Origin: Negaprion brevirostris
Taxonomy: Eukaryota
Direction: 5' to 3'
Assembly: GCA_030324005.1 (NCBI GenBank)
Contig: JARDVH010000163.1
Location: forward strand, 106,992,864 to 107,056,863
Length of the DNA: 64,000 nucleotides
The translations under genes and the position numbers were made by a program. The notes below the pieces were generated by a model. The model was not told the DNA's origin and did not search any database. It saw only the letters and a program-made list of their open reading frames with translations. Of this stretch, positions 1 to 14,342 are shown piece by piece. Within the stretch, counting starts at the first letter, position 1; every line of letters starts with the position of its first letter.

Positions 1-640
1 GCGGGGGGGGGTGGGGGCAACTCTGCAGGGAGAGGGGAAACTGGGGAAGAGATGGGGACTATGGAATGTGGACTTGCAGAGCATGAAAGGTTTCGGAAGT
101 GGCATCTGTGAATAGCAGATTAGGAGAGAGGAAAGAAGGGGTTGGGGAAAAGGAGGGGGAAACACTGTCAATGGGTTGGATCCTGAGAGGCAGAATGCAG
201 CAATGGGTGGAGGACTGGGGGAATGGTTAGCAAATGGTTGTGGAGACTCGCATGCCCTCCTGAAGTGGGAGCAGTACAACATGGTGTGTGGGAATGGCAC
301 TGAGCAAGGAGAAGCTGGTAAAGAGGTGAGTCAAATCTTGAGGTCCTTAACTGTGGGTAAATGATAGATTTTTCCATTAGTGGATAAATTGAGAACTAGG
401 GACCAGAGGCTAATAATTTTAGCTGGAGAAAATTGAGGAAAGGAGGAGGATGGTTCTTGAATGGAGGATAATTGAACTGTAGAATCCTTCATCATGTGAC
501 TATTGGTATGAAGAAATAAAATTTCATTGGAAAGGGAATGGGATATATATTTGAACAGAAGGTAGATAAAAACTGGCGGGGGTGGGGTTACATGAGAGCT
601 GCTTGTACATGGTCTCAACCTATAATTTTGTGACAATCCT
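1..640 (+). mobile_element. Old degenerate CR1/L2 3' portion
   Basis: Degenerate ORF2-end and 3' UTR motifs (gagaactagggacca, gggaatgggatatatatttg). Confidence 0.4.
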
Positions 641-3629
641 TCTTTCCTGGATACAAGTTCAGTGAGTGGTCTAAAAATGCTGGTGAATTGAGGTTAGGGT
701 GAGATGACCAATGAGGAACCCCCACCCACCCACCCAAGTGCCAAGCCTGCTGCCCTTTGTGCAGTCCAGTTTGCTTCAGACTAACTCTGACTGAAGTTTC
801 CAGTTGCCTCCACCTGAGTAGAATTTCAGTGAGTCACCATTAGTAGCTGGTGAAACCAAAGATCTTCCTCGACCCGCCTCACCTCTGGTTTCTCCTGCTT
901 CAGGTCTGGCCCTACAATTCTGGCAACTTGTTGCACGAAACCACCCACGTAAAATACTCAAATACCAGGGACCTAATCTTTGATGCGGGACCATCTTTAG
1001 CCTCCCTGTAATTGGACGTCACGCATTCAGATGTCATGTGATCAGAATGTCACATGACATGCCAGAATGCCTCCAGCCAGAATTGGCAAATCACCTTCAG
1101 TTCCACACAATTTTGACATAATCAACTCTGGTGGCAGTAAATGCTGGCCTTGTCGGAGACTCGTACATTGAAAATGGAAAGAAGAACTACCCACTGAATT
1201 AAGGGATACTACAGTCTTGCTGTTTGGGAGAGAGTAGTAAGCGTTGCATTTTCAGCTGGTATTGACGTTTGTTTGTGTGTGACATACGTATCATGCATTT
1301 CTGTAAGGGTTAAATGACAATTATCCTGGTTGGCAAGCTTTGTACATAATAATCTCCTATATGCTTGTGATTTTCCATAGTGCCTTAATTTCAAAATTAA
1401 AGTAACATTCATTTTGTTAAAAAAAAATTCGCAAATCTCACTTGTATGATGCATAATTTATAAAGAGAGCAGTTCCCATGGACTGATTAAAGATTATTGC
1501 TTCCAATGAGAACGACTTTGTATTTTGTGTGATGTTCGGTCGTAACTGATTCTTAATTGATTTTTATCCAAGGCAGTCACTCTCTTTAGCTTTGTTGCGC
1601 AATAATATGAAGAAAATGCTGGTCCCAGATGTACAACTGTATTAGCACGGGACATGTTCTGTTAGATGTCACTGCAGTTTATTAGGTTCAATGAATCACA
1701 AACAGTGCTTTAAGGCCATGTGATTAGTTGCTGCCAACAGTTCCTGATTTTGGCTCCAGCAGTGGAAAACGTACAGAGCTCGGGTGAAACTCTGGGTAAA
1801 TTACCTCGTGCTATTTAGCCAGTCATAGACAACTAGAAATGGAACTTGTGCCTGGCTTCTTCAAGATTGTTGTGTGTGATTTGGTGATTAGGGAGAAAAT
1901 AAAGTTAATTATCTTTTTTAAATAGAGAGTTCCACCTTTTGCTTCTCACTGAGATTTTAAGTTTTCTGGGGCATTATCCACTAGGCACAAGTCCCCTTCT
2001 GGTGTATCATCCAAGGGATTACTGCTTGTGTGTGAGCCTGTAATTCTGCTACAGGGTCATAATGGCTGTGTCTAATACTTCCTTCACGTTCACACCGCTT
2101 TCAGTGGTTTCTGGATAACTATCTGAAGTGGCCCAATTTCCACGCTCCTACATCCTTGGCTCTGAGGTGAAATGGAACTTAGCACAGATCAGGAGTGCAA
2201 ATTCAGATTTACTGACTTGTGTGGGAGAACTGCATTCAGTGAATGAAGGCTGTGTTATGGTACACATTTCTAAAAGCAAACTTTTCCCAGGTACATGAAA
2301 GATGCAGCAAAATTTTGCAATGAGCATAAAAGAATTATAACAGTTAAAAAAAAATCTACAGCATGCTTGAACTGGTCTATGATCTACTTAACTATGCACT
2401 GGATACGATAATTGTGACCATATGCAAATTCCATTGAAATCTTGTCATTGAGCAGTGCAGCATGCTGGTGGAAAAATGATGTGGCTACTTGTAATTCTGC
2501 ATCATTGTTGAATGTTAACATTTGGCATTCCCATATTCTGTACCAATCATTTTGGTTGCACAAAGAAACATACAGGGCTCCATGCTTGGCACAAAACAGG
2601 TCAGTTGGGCAGCTGAAGTAGACTTACTCCCTTCTGTTCTGCCTGGAGTTGGGAGGGGCACCTCCTGAAGCCAATGAGTACTACTTTAGATATGCACAGA
2701 GGAGTCCAATGATATTCTATCTGCTATTTTAACCTGAAGGCGGAGGGGGTGAGCAACGATGATGGCTTTCCCAACCGGCCTCTCTGATCCTGCAGGAATT
2801 ATTTTGACTAATTTAGTAAGAATTCCTCTTCTGGAACACTTAGCTCGTGCCTGGGATCATTCCTGTTGCTCCTCAGTGGCACTTTCCCACTGCCCAGTTT
2901 TAATGGCTCAGCAACCACTTCCCACTGACCTTTTGGGTGTTTCGACCAAAGTCCGCGAACAGTACTGTTGATGAGGCCTGATCATTCAGGTAGGCTGAAC
3001 TTGCCTCCTGCGACCTCTCTGCGAGCATGGGTTTGTCTTGTGTTCTCCAGCTCAGAATAAAAGAATCCAGCACACAATATACCAGGACATTTCATGGCGA
3101 TGCAGTTTTAGCATTTGTTAGAAATAAGTCAGTTGTTGGGCTGTTTAGCTGCTCTATTCTTTAAACGATGTGCTTGATTTAAGCCNNNNNNNNNNAGTAT
3201 TAAATCTACAAACTAGAAATAAAAGGGTTAACCTGCTAATGCATCGTCATGGTCTTCAGCATATGCTATCAATATTGTTGAGCCTATCTGAAGTCAACCA
3301 CCATGGCAACAAGGCCTATCAGTTTTCAGGAGAGAATTGCCTACAGACTTTCCTCTACTGTGCGAGCCCCATCAAATATCTTCTGTTCTTTTATGTAACC
3401 ATGCATTTTTAAAGGCCCAAAAGTGAATTGACACAATATCTTCATTGAACAGTTTCCCTGTTTTAGTTTTATAAATGAAACTCTACACTATTGGGCAATA
3501 ATTCCCCCCATCACCGTTAAAAAAGTCAGTTCAGCTATAATATGGGATCATATTATAGTTTCTTGGTTTGAAGCTAAGTTTGCTTTTGAATTGCATGCAT
3601 GCACTTGAACGCAATTTGTGAAATACAGA

Positions 3630-4341
3630 GGCTACGGAGAGATGGTGTGTAATGGCAATGTCGCTGGATTATTAATACAGAGGCCCAGGCTAATATTCTG
3701 GGGACAAGGGTTCAAATCCCACCAGAAAAGCTGGTGAAATTTAGATTAATGATTCAAATTAATAAAATAAAATCTGGAATTAAGAGCTAGTCTCAGTAAC
3801 AGTTTCAGGGCACCATTATAAATTTTCCAAAATATCCATCTAGTTCACTAATGTCACTGAGAGAAGAAAATTACTGTCATTACTGTGACTCCAGACCCTA
3901 CAACCATGTTTTAACTGCCCTCCGAAATGCCTTAACAAATCACTCAGTTGTACCAAATTGATAAAATGAAATGCAACTGGATAGACCATCCAGCCTTGAT
4001 TAGGTACAGGAAGCGACAATGGTACACCAAGCCCAGTCAACATCTGGGGGCTTGTGCCAAAACTGGAGAGCTGTCCCACAAACTAGTTATGTAACAGCTT
4101 GAAGGAACCATACACAGAACTGTACGCTACACAAAAAGTGCCAGATATCATCATCATTATTCTCCTGGGCATGCCTTGTCCAATCGGTAGAATAGGCACA
4201 GCGGAAGCGGAGGGCCGGTAGTGGCATCTGTTTGGGGAGGGAGTTGCTCTGGGAGCCCTCAACATTGACTTTAAACCCCATGATGTTTCATGGTGCCAGT
4301 TCAAAATTGGGCAAGAAAACCTTCTACTGATTACTTCCTAC
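3630..4341 (+). mobile_element. CR1-type LINE 5' portion (host of the Gypsy insertion)
   Basis: tRNA-like head (gggttcaaatcccacc) and endonuclease-region remnant; the sequence resumes collinearly after the TSD at 7601. Confidence 0.65.
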
Positions 4342-7300
4342 TGTGAGAAAAGAATCTGGCACATAAAGGGTTAACTTGGGACAGAGTACGGTACTGCCCA
4401 CACAGTAAGGTAAGGACTCACATGACCCACCTAGGAGTCAGTGTAGTGTTGGACAGAGTGTGTGTAGAAGCACACTTAGGGATAGCTCCTGGTTGAGTCA
4501 TTGCTGTTCTTGTATCTATAGATTATAATAGTTAATAAACACATACTAGTGAACTAACTAAGATGATGAATGCCTTAAGACCTATCAAACTACACCCAAA
4601 ACCTTACAACATGATGACAGTGAATGGAGCAACTCAAAACCTTGCAGAGACTGTGGAAGAAAATTAATTTCTGGAAAGCCAAAGGAAAAATCAAAGGAGT
4701 ATTCTGATCTGAAGAAAAGCTTAGCAGGAAACCCCCAAAGAAAGGCTTGGAAGCTGAAGACAGAAACCGAATTCCTCACTGTAGCAGAAGACTCCATTGA
4801 ATCCGATAGAAGTCCAGCTTCAGTACGTGTGTGTACAATCAGGTGACCCAGCAGGGGTGAGCTTAAAAGTTTAAATTCCTGGACCACATAAGTCTGGAAA
4901 AAAGTTAAATATTGCAGTGGTTAGAAATTGCTGTTAAAATGTAGCCAGAGGAAACGGATTCCTGAGTCTATGCCTGAACACCCATTGGCTGTTTGAGTAA
5001 AGAAAACAAACAAATTAAAAATTAATCGTGACTGAGCTTTAAAAATGNNNNNNNNNNNNNNNNNNNNNNNNNNNNNNNNNNNNNNNNNNNNNNNNNNNNN
5101 NNNNNNNNNNNNNNNNNNNNNNNNNNNNNNNNNNNNNNNNNNNNNNNNNNNNNNNNNNNNNNNNNNAGTGCCATTATCATGGAAGCCGACCAAAACTGGC
5201 AAGTATGACTAAACCATTTGTAAAGAAGCGTGTAGCACAGCGACTCTATTTTGGATTTTTAGGAGCTTTTTAAAGCTGAAACTTACAATTCAAAAATTTT
5301 AACCATGGATCAGAAACTCACTCTCCCGGATCAATTTGAATTTATCCAAGCCCAGATCAATCAAAAATTTGGGCACTTTGGAGAAAGAGATTTCTTAAGT
5401 ATGTGATTGCTTCAGGTCTGGATAAAAAAGATAAAAGCTGAACAAGTTAATACACTATTCTATTCGGTAGGCCCGATAGTAGATGATATAATAGCTAGAT
5501 GAGGAATCAATAAATTACCTGCAAAATTTAATGAAGTTTTAAAATCATTTGACACTTAGTTTAACCACAGAATTAACAGAATCCTTGAAAGGGCAAAATT
5601 TAGTAAATGTATCCAACATGTCGATTCCTCCATTTATGAGCTGTGCAGAATGGGTGAAGGTTGTGATTATGGTGACCTGAAATCTGAGCTAATAAGGGAG
5701 AGACTAGTGTAGGAGGGGCAGATGATGTACTCGGGCATTTTTAAAGTGAAAAAAGATCAAACCCTTAAGAAAACCAACCAGGCTATCTGAAATCCGTTTG
5801 CAGCACAGATCTGTATTGAAAGAAGGCAAACCATTGTACAAAAGCACAGAAATGGTGGCACTCCAGGCCAAGGGAAGCAATGCCCCAATGGACCAGGAGG
5901 TTGACCATGCCTGCGCTGTGGAGCAAAGCACCCCCAGGATTGACTCTCAATTTCAGTCCAGTGCTTTCAATGGAACTGAAGAGGACATTTTGGAAGGCTG
6001 CGCAAAACCAAACCACTACGATACACTGAAGATCAGAAGAGGCTTAACAAGGTCGAGACAGTATACTAAGAGGACGCAGAACCATGCTGCTTGGGTAAGG
6101 TCTAAGATCCTGGATTTTCATTCTAGAATGTGGACACCTCGGTTAAGGTGATCTCACAACTTTAAATTGGACATGGGAGCAAATGTTGTGGTTGTATTGG
6201 ACAAAGAACTGAAGCACCTCTGGCCATGAACAGCAGGCACATCACTTTTATGGGCCTGGAGGAATCTAACTTCCAGTCAGAGGCATCATTAAAGCATGAT
6301 GGCAAAGAAACCTTCAAGCTGATGTATATCATTTATAAACAGTCTTCTCTCATGAGCAGAGAAATCTATGCAGCTCTGAGCCTCCTCAAAATTGCAGGAA
6401 ATATCAAGACAACCGCTGTTGTAAATTATAGAGTTGGAAGCTCTTGGACTCGCAACAAGAACAATTGTTTCGAATAGCGNNNNNNNNNNNNNNNNNNNNN
6501 NNNNNNNNNNNNNNNNNNNNNNNNNNNNNNNNNNNNNNNNNNNNNNNNNNNNNNNNNNNNNNNNNNNNNNNNNNNNNNNAACAATTGTTTCGAATAGCGC
6601 TTCTTGCAGAGTAGGTTTGTCCACTTTTGTTAGAGGTGCCAGAAACTTCTCATTGATCAGACCAGCCAGTTATTTGGATGGTTACCATGACAGTGCGAGA
6701 GGATGGCAGTCAGGAGAGGTGCCAGCCAAGAGAAGAGCCGCAACCTCCAGCTCCGATGCCAGTTGGAGAGATAAATGAAGAGACCACCACAGAGCAGATG
6801 CTGCAATCCCCATTCTGCGTATCAGTGCCAAAAGCAATGTTAGAACCGGGTAATAGCCATCTAAGAATGACTGCACACCTCACAGCCAAATGCAAAGATA
6901 AACCAACTACCAAGTCACACCCTCACCAAGGGAAGAGCTGTCCTCCATTCCAGCATCTGTCATGGTGAGCCGTAGGAAGGAAGAGGAAAAGCAATACTAT
7001 GGGGATAAGCCCAGAGTTTGCCCACTTGTAATGAGGGGGATTAAGCCAACTGACATCTGTCATAACAATTGGAAAATCGACAGTGCTTCAATGCTAAAGA
7101 ACAGAAAAAGAGAAATTGAGGAAGACACCCAGATGCCGGAACTTACTCTGATTCAGCAAAGTTTACCTGCAGCAATAGAGTCTACCATTTCTCTGACAGT
7201 AATGAGAACAAGGTATGGAAGGGTTATAATGTCTTCTGATCACGAAGCTATGAGCTCAGACTTGAGGGGAGGAAGATAATACATGGGGTAAACTGTGTGA

Positions 7301-7595
7301 ACTTGTAAATACATAGGATGAAAACTTGGGTGAGGTGCCCTATAAGGGGGTGGCACATGATTAACGTGAGATTGAATACAGTACCACCCATTGCAGTGAT
7401 GTAAGAGAATGACCCATACCTCGCATTCAGTTTAGTGTTGGACAGAACTGTGTGCAGAAGCAAGCACTGAGACCGCTCTTGATTTAGATCTTTACCTGTT
7501 TATATACTTTCTAGTAGTTACTGAATACTTACTGTTGAACTACCTAAGACTAAATATCATAAGACCCACCAAACTAAGCCCAACCCTTTATACAA
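4342..7595 (+). mobile_element. Internally deleted Ty3/Gypsy LTR retrotransposon (gag and protease remnants, no RT seen), nested in a CR1
   Basis: 5-bp TSD CCTAC at 4337-4341 and 7596-7600. 5' LTR 4342-4611 (TG...CA) followed by PBS-like tgatgacagtg. Gag remnant WALWRKRFLKYVIASGLDKKD/EQVNTLFYSVG and CDYGDLKSELIRERL (about 5306-5710). Protease FKLDMGANVVVV (about 6161-6196). PPT cttgaggggaggaaga then 3' LTR 7277-7595. Confidence 0.85.
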
Positions 7596-7600
7596 CCTAC

Positions 7601-7920
7601 CACCCTCTCTCAGCTGATGTTAGTATTTCCGAATACCAGTTAGAGGAAGCTGTTCATGTAGCAAAGGCAAGAAGGTGCTCTGATTGGGGACTGCAGTGTT
7701 GATCAAGATTGATCTGTTAGCACCACTACTGACTGAGTTGATTGAGTCCTGAAGGACGTATCTGCTGGACTAAGCCTGTGGCAGATGGTGAGGGAATCTA
7801 TCCTGGGCCTGGTCCTCAGCAGTCCGGTTGTTGTAGATGCATTGATATTAAAGGTAGGGTTGACCATTGCACAGTCCTCTTGAAGAGACAGTCCCATTTT
7901 CACACTGATCATATCCGAAG
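7601..7920 (+). mobile_element. Continuation of the CR1-type LINE after the Gypsy element
   Basis: caccctctctcagctgatg... continues the interrupted endonuclease region; gaccattgcacagtcct (SDH-like motif). Confidence 0.55.
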
Positions 7921-8696
7921 ATGTACAAGTCAAACAATTTGTAACCTTCAAAGAACATCAAGTTTCTGATTGTATAATTTGCACAATTTTAACTTGACGT
8001 TAATGGAATAAAGCGATGTGCCATCCCTTGGGAATTGGGTAGGTCTTAATTTTGAGTTGTGCTTGAAAACCAGATAACATCGATACGTGACCCTAGGATT
8101 TTCACAGCTTCACGGCAGTTTTAATGTAAGCTTACTTGTGACTAATAAATACATTTTAAACTTCAGATTTTCAGGTATGGACATCATTTATTTACAATTG
8201 GAAATGAGTGCAAAATGTATTCCATTATGCTGTTTGCACACAATTTTCAGTAGTAAGATAATTAATGCAATTAATTAGCTCCATGTATTATTTTGATCTT
8301 GTGAAGGATGGAAGCCCAATGATGGAAAATTTTAGTAAAATATTAATGGGATATGCATACTTAAAGGTCAGAAATTCTCGGCAAACTTTGGAAAGGCTCA
8401 TAAAACATTTCAATCCATTAACCATGTTTCTGAATGCTGAAGGGAAAGCAAAAAGATGTGTTGGTCTAATAAAGCAGCTTGGCAGCTGACCCCCTGCCAC
8501 TTTTTTGTAAATTGGTGCAGTGGAGTTTTTCTACATGGCCTGATTGCCACTTCAATCCAATAAGGTATTCTCATCTGTTCAGAGCATATGAAAATAGCTT
8601 CCTGGATCAGGAGGTTAGAAGCAAACTATAGGCCATAAAGCTTAGGAGCAGAAGAAGGCCATTAAGTCTGCTGTGCCATTCAGTGAGATGATGCGG

Positions 8697-8918
8697 AGAT
8701 GCCTGCGTTGGACTGGGGTAAACACAGTATGAAGTTTCACAACACTAGGCTAAAGTCCAACAGGTTTATTTGATAGTAAATGCCACTAGCTTTCAGAGCG
8801 CTGCTCTTTCGTCAGGTCCTCCTTACCTGACGGAGGAGCAGTGCTCTGAAAACTAGTGACATTTGCTACCAAATAAACCTGTTAGACTTTAACTTGGTTT
8901 TGTGAAACTTCTTACTGT
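8697..8918. repeat. Penelope-derived inverted-repeat element with hammerhead-like cores
   Basis: Arms about 8730-8817 and 8825-8918 are reverse complements. Minus strand 8791-8815 reads CUGACGA-A-AGAG-cagcg-CUCU-GAAA. Confidence 0.7.
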
Positions 8919-10945
8919 ATTCAGTGAGATCACAGTCATGATGATCCTCAACTCCACTTTCCCACCTTTTCCCCATAACCCTTGATTCCCTTATTGATTA
9001 AAAATCTATTTCAGCCTTGAACATAATAACCCAACTTCTACAGCCTGCTGTGATAAAGCATTCCATAACTTTATTATCCCCGAGAGAAGAAATTCCTCCT
9101 TTGTGTCTTCTTCTGAGGTTATGCCTTGACTCTCCCATAAGGAAAACCACCCTGTCAACAGCTACCCTCTGGAAGCCGCCTGGGAATCTTGTATGTCTCA
9201 ATAAGGTTGTCTTCCATTCTTCTAAATGCCAATGAGTTTCAATGAACTTACTGGACATGGTGTTTTGTTACTTGGGGATTTCAAATGTTTCTGAAAAGCA
9301 ATTCAGCATGATGCTTCATCAGTCCTTCATATGTCAATTGTATGCAGTTGCGTCTGCTGTCACAAAATACTATGGTAATTTGTGGCTCTGCATGCACTAA
9401 CCCCTAATAAGATGAGATAATGTGCATCCTTTTGTGTAGATGCAGGTGCGAACATCAAGTAGCACAAGACATCTGTGGTGCAGTTTTATTAACTTGGTAC
9501 ACCTCTTCTCCCCTGCTTCTATCAAAAAGCTTGTTCATGGGGAAGTTCCTTTTAGGAAATCCATTTTGAAGCCATTGGAACATTGAAGAGCAACAGTTGG
9601 CACTGAGGCTTTTAATACTTAAAAGAAACTGTAAAAATAAGATGGTGGATATATCCTTTAAAAACTGTTGACAGAATCTTGATTTCTGACCTAATCCTAC
9701 ATGCCCATATAGTGTGAGCAGCGATGTCACTCAATGTAATGGCTGCGTAAGTGCCAGAAAATCATAAGCAAAATTATACTTTGAATTAAGCTTTGCTGTG
9801 AAACTCCTACCTCCCTTCATTGCCAGAAATCATAGAAGCCCTACAATGCAGAAAGAGGCCATTGAGCCCATCGAGTCTGCACCGACCACAATCCCACCAG
9901 ACCCTACCCCCANNNNNNNNNNNNNNNNNNNNNNNNNNNNNNNNNNNNNNNNNNNNNNNNNNNNNNNNNNNNNNNNNNNNNNNNNNNNNNNNNNNNNNNN
10001 NNNNNNNNNNNNGGACCCAATGACCCAACTCCAGTATGCATTCACACCTCACCCTCACCAATCCCTGAATGAAAATCCCAACATTTGAGGCTGTTTTTCC
10101 CATGGCAGATGCAGTCTGAGAGAGGGAGACAGAAACAGTTCCTGTTGTGATAAGCATAGAAAAGTGCTTTTTTTTAGCAATCTAGCAGGATGCTGGTGAA
10201 GATTGATTTTTTTTTCTATTTGAAGAGTTGAGACTTGTGGAGATTAAGGAATTAACAGTCGGCAGAATGGATTGCGCTGCTCAAGACTTCAGCTCTAAAA
10301 TCTCGCTGTCTTTCACACCATCTCCCAGACCATTCCTTTTCTTTCAAAAGATCAGAATTGCGCCTTTCCACTCATTGTGCCAAATTCCATCACTCACCAA
10401 ATGTCTGTGTTCAGTATTATTTTCAGCTGTACTCTGTGCTACTTATTCTGTGCATTAACAAAGATTCATTCACCTATTATCGAGCAACTTATTAAAGATC
10501 TTTTCAAAATCCATATAAATTACATCTACTACATTACCATCAGCCTCTCTTTCCTTCTCAAATATTTCAACAAGGTTCGTAAAACAACATTTTCCCTTTT
10601 GAAATCCATGGTGACCATTTATTATGATATTTTCTATGTCTAGAGTTTCTTTTATTCTCTCATTTAATAGTGATTGCATATTTTCCTACCAAGCTCTTCA
10701 ATATTTTTTACCAGTTTTCTGTGACTGATGAGTTTATTTTTTGGGAGAAATATCCTGACTTGAATTTTCCTTTTATTACTTATCTGTCGACAGAACACTT
10801 TGCATGTTTGTTGACAATTTGACTTCTTTCCCTGTATTCCTTCTGGTGTCTTTTTAAAAACTTTCTGTTCTATATCCTTCAGACTAGCTTTTGTCCCCCA
10901 TCTCCTTTAGTATCTAAGTACATCTTCTATGTATTTTGCTTTATC

Positions 10946-11276
10946 ATAGAAACCCTACAGTGCAGGAAGAGGCCATTCAGCCCATCGAGTCTCCACCGAC
11001 CACATTCACACCCAGGCCCTAACCTCATATTCCTACATATTTTACCTGCTAATTCCTCTAACCTAGACATCTCAGGACACTAAGGGGCATTTTAGCATGG
11101 CCAATCAACCTAACCTGTACATCTTTGGATTGTGGGAGGAAACTGGAGCACCCGGAGGAAACCCACGCAGACATGAGAAAAATGTGCAAATTCCACACAG
11201 ACAGTGACCCAAGCCGGGAATCGAACCCAGGTCCCTGGAGCAGTGAAGCAGCAGTGCTAACCACTATGCTACCATG
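10946..11276 (-). mobile_element. HE1-like tRNA-derived SINE with CR1-type tail
   Basis: Family signature ttagcatggccaatcaacctaacctg...gggaggaaactggagcacccggaggaaacccacgcagaca; A- and B-box-like head on the minus strand. Confidence 0.85.
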
Positions 11277-12429
11277 CACAAAGTGGATTAAGATTCAGAA
11301 TGCTCCTCAGTTTTCAGATTGGGCTTGTCCAATTTATATCTCAAATTCAGGAAGCTAAATTAAAGTATGCCTTCTTGTCTGAACATTGTGGTATTATGTG
11401 TCAATTGTCCACAAAATGTACAGTGCTGGATTATTGGTTATGAAAAATGAAGTGCGTAATGACTTTAAAATGTAATTGGAGTAGTTGTATTTTAAGCTGA
11501 GTACTTCTCAATCTTTGGGGGATTGAACTTGTGACTTTCATTTACTTTGATTTAAATTGGTAGATGGTTTGAATTGTCTAAATGTTTCAGAATTCAAGAC
11601 TGTAAAAAAGGGCATCTGATGATTTAGAAGGTTTCCCTCTAACAACTGTCCATATAGTTCCCTTGAGGGAGAGCCTAGGTCGAGACTTTCTGGAAATACT
11701 GCAGAAAAAAGCATGGAGTCTCATGCAATGCATTGATCACTACACTTTCTTGTGGGCCCTTTGCCAAATGATGGCCTCCCAGTTACCATTTAACTTTGAG
11801 CCTTTCCCTGTCTTCAGTCTAGTTCAACCTTGGGTCTGATTTTCTCTTGTGGCAGTCAGCAATCATGGCCTTAGTGCCAGATGAGGGCACGGCAGAGTGT
11901 TATTGCCACTGGACTAGTAATGTGCAGACCCGGGTTCAAATCCCACCATAGCTGATGGTGAAATTTGAATTCAATAAGAATATCCGGAACGAAAAGTCTA
12001 ATAATGACCATGTAAACCATTGTCGATTGTTGTAAAAAAACCTTTCTGGTTCACTCAGGGAAGGAAATCTGCTGTCCTTAATTGGCCTACGTGTGACCTG
12101 AGACACAGAGTAACGTGGTTGACTCTTAAATGCCCTTGGAAATGGCCACAGTTCAATTTCGTGATGGGCTATTAAGGCAAGCCCAACTGACAATGTCCAC
12201 TTCAATTAATTAAAAAAAACTGAGTATGATAAAACATGATTTTGCGTGTCTAGTTGTACAACCCTGAAGTGCCACATTTTGGTGAATGGGATATTTTAAA
12301 TTTGTTCTCCCTTCTGACACAGTTGAGAGTGACTTCACAGAGAAATCTGGGAACCAGACTGTTGTTAATCATGTTTGGGGAAGGGTGCATAAGCATTGAA
12401 GGAAATGTAGTATCCATCAGCTTAGTCTT

Positions 12430-13975
12430 TTGAAATACAAGCAGAAAATGTTGGGAAATAGTTACAGTAGCACTCATGGAGAGAAATGGTTGAGGTTTAA
12501 AATCTGTGACATTTCATCAGAACTGGGAAAAATTAGGGAAGTAACGGGTTTTGAGCAAGGGTTTGGTGGGGCAAGGGCAAAAAAAAGGTCTGTGATAGGG
12601 TGAAAGTCAGGACACTTTGAATGACAGAAGAGCTAGTCTTCCAATGCCAAAGGGGAAAGCGATGGAGCAAGAAAAAAAACAAATGGTATGTCTGGAGCTG
12701 GTGTGCTGCTGACTGCAAACAAAAGATAAGAAAAAAAGCAATCAAGATGGGTACTGAGATAGTGACCTGAAATTGTTGATTGCAGTGTTGGGTCCAGAAG
12801 GCTATAAAGTGCCATTCAAAACATGAGGTACTTTTTCTTGCATTGAGTGTCACTGCAACAGTGCAGCAACCTAGGGCAGACTTGGCAGTGTGAGGAGAGC
12901 GGTGGAGAATTAAAATAACAGGCTAACTGATGCTTGGGATCATGCTTGCGAATTGATTGGAGATGTTTCACAAAGCCACGACCCAATCTACATTTGACCT
13001 GCACCGTATAAAGGAGACCATATCTTGAGCAATGAATTCAGCACACTAGATTGAAAGAAGTACACTTGGAAGTTTTTTTATACAGCGGGTGGTGGGTGCC
13101 TGGATCCCGCTGCCGGGAGAGGTAATGGAAGCAGATATGATAATGACTTTTAAAAGGCGTCTTGACAAATACATGAATAGGATGGGAATAGAGGGAGACG
13201 GTCTCCAGGAAGGGTAGGGGATTTTAGTTCACACGGGCAGCATGGTTAGTGCAGGCTGGGAGGGCCGAAGGGCCTGTTCCTGTGTTGTAATTTTCTTTGT
13301 TCTTTTGTAAATTTGTTACTTCAGCCACTGAGGGCAGGTGTTATATCTTCTGTGTTTACATGCAAAGATGCCAAGGGAAGGGGACCAGGTATAAGGGGTG
13401 GGATGTAAATGAGGAGTGGACTAGACTCTCAAAGAGAGAACAGTCCCTTCAGAGTATTGAAAGAGGGGAGGAGGGAAAGATTTGCCTGGTGGTGACATCA
13501 TTCTGAAGATGCAGAAATGGCAGCAAGTAATCCGTTGATTATAGAAGTTGTCAGGATGGAAGGTGAGGACAAGAGGAACCCTATTGTGGTTCTTGAGAGA
13601 GGGGAAGGGTTTACAAGCAGAAGTGCCGGTAATGTCATAGACATGATTGAAGACGCTGCCAATTATGGTGGGAACGGAATTGTCAGTTCGGGGGAAAGAA
13701 AAGACATCCCAAAAGTGCATCATCAAAATGGATGCAATGGGAATGGAATGGAATCTTTACAAAGTTTTCAGTGTGAGGAAGTGTTATGGAGGCAGCTTTG
13801 GGTGTTATTGGGTTAATAACGAAGACAAGTTGATAGTCTGTTTTCCCAATTCTGATGAAAGATCATAGACATTAAACATGAACTCTGTTTCTCGCCTCCG
13901 ATGCTGCCTGCTAAGAATTCCAAGAACTTTCTGCTTGTGTTTCAGATTTCCAGCGTCCACAATATTCTGTTTTCC
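12430..13975 (-). mobile_element. Penelope-like element remnant, with a CR1 3' fragment inserted at about 13070-13305
   Basis: Minus-strand translations NRVPLVLTFHP and VKCRLGRGFVKHLQSIRK (GIY-YIG region); typical terminal repeats at both ends. Confidence 0.7.
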
Positions 13976-14342
13976 AGTTAAGTTGTTTTTGTCCCACCTT
14001 GACATTGTGTAACTTTGGCACATTATTGCTATTGCTCGCCACATGGCCGCTTGGTTGAAGCCAAAGTATGGAGAAGTCATAGGTCAGTTTAGGAAAACTC
14101 TGGGAAATTTCCTGTCCGATTGCCAACAATAATCAAGTAAGTTCCTGGAGACCACTGTGACATGGACCTCAATGACCTGCTGTCCTTGTTTTTGTAGATG
14201 CATTTGCTACAGATGTTGTGTTGGAAATATGTGATTTCCTATTTTAACTTCAATGGTTGACATGTTTCAAATTATTGCACTTTTTAGTGGTATATAACAA
14301 CAGTAATAATTTCTAAAATTGTAATTTTGTTTTCTGTATTAG

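Noticed and set aside
3630-3730. tRNA-like A- and B-box sequences here and in the SINE heads
   Set aside because: They are degenerate retroposon heads, not cloverleaf tRNA genes.
6460-6600. Direct repeat acaattgtttcgaatagcg on both sides of a 100-N gap (similarly gcctgtgac at 56583 and 56692)
   Set aside because: More likely a contig-overlap artefact or the TSD of a collapsed insertion; cannot be resolved here.
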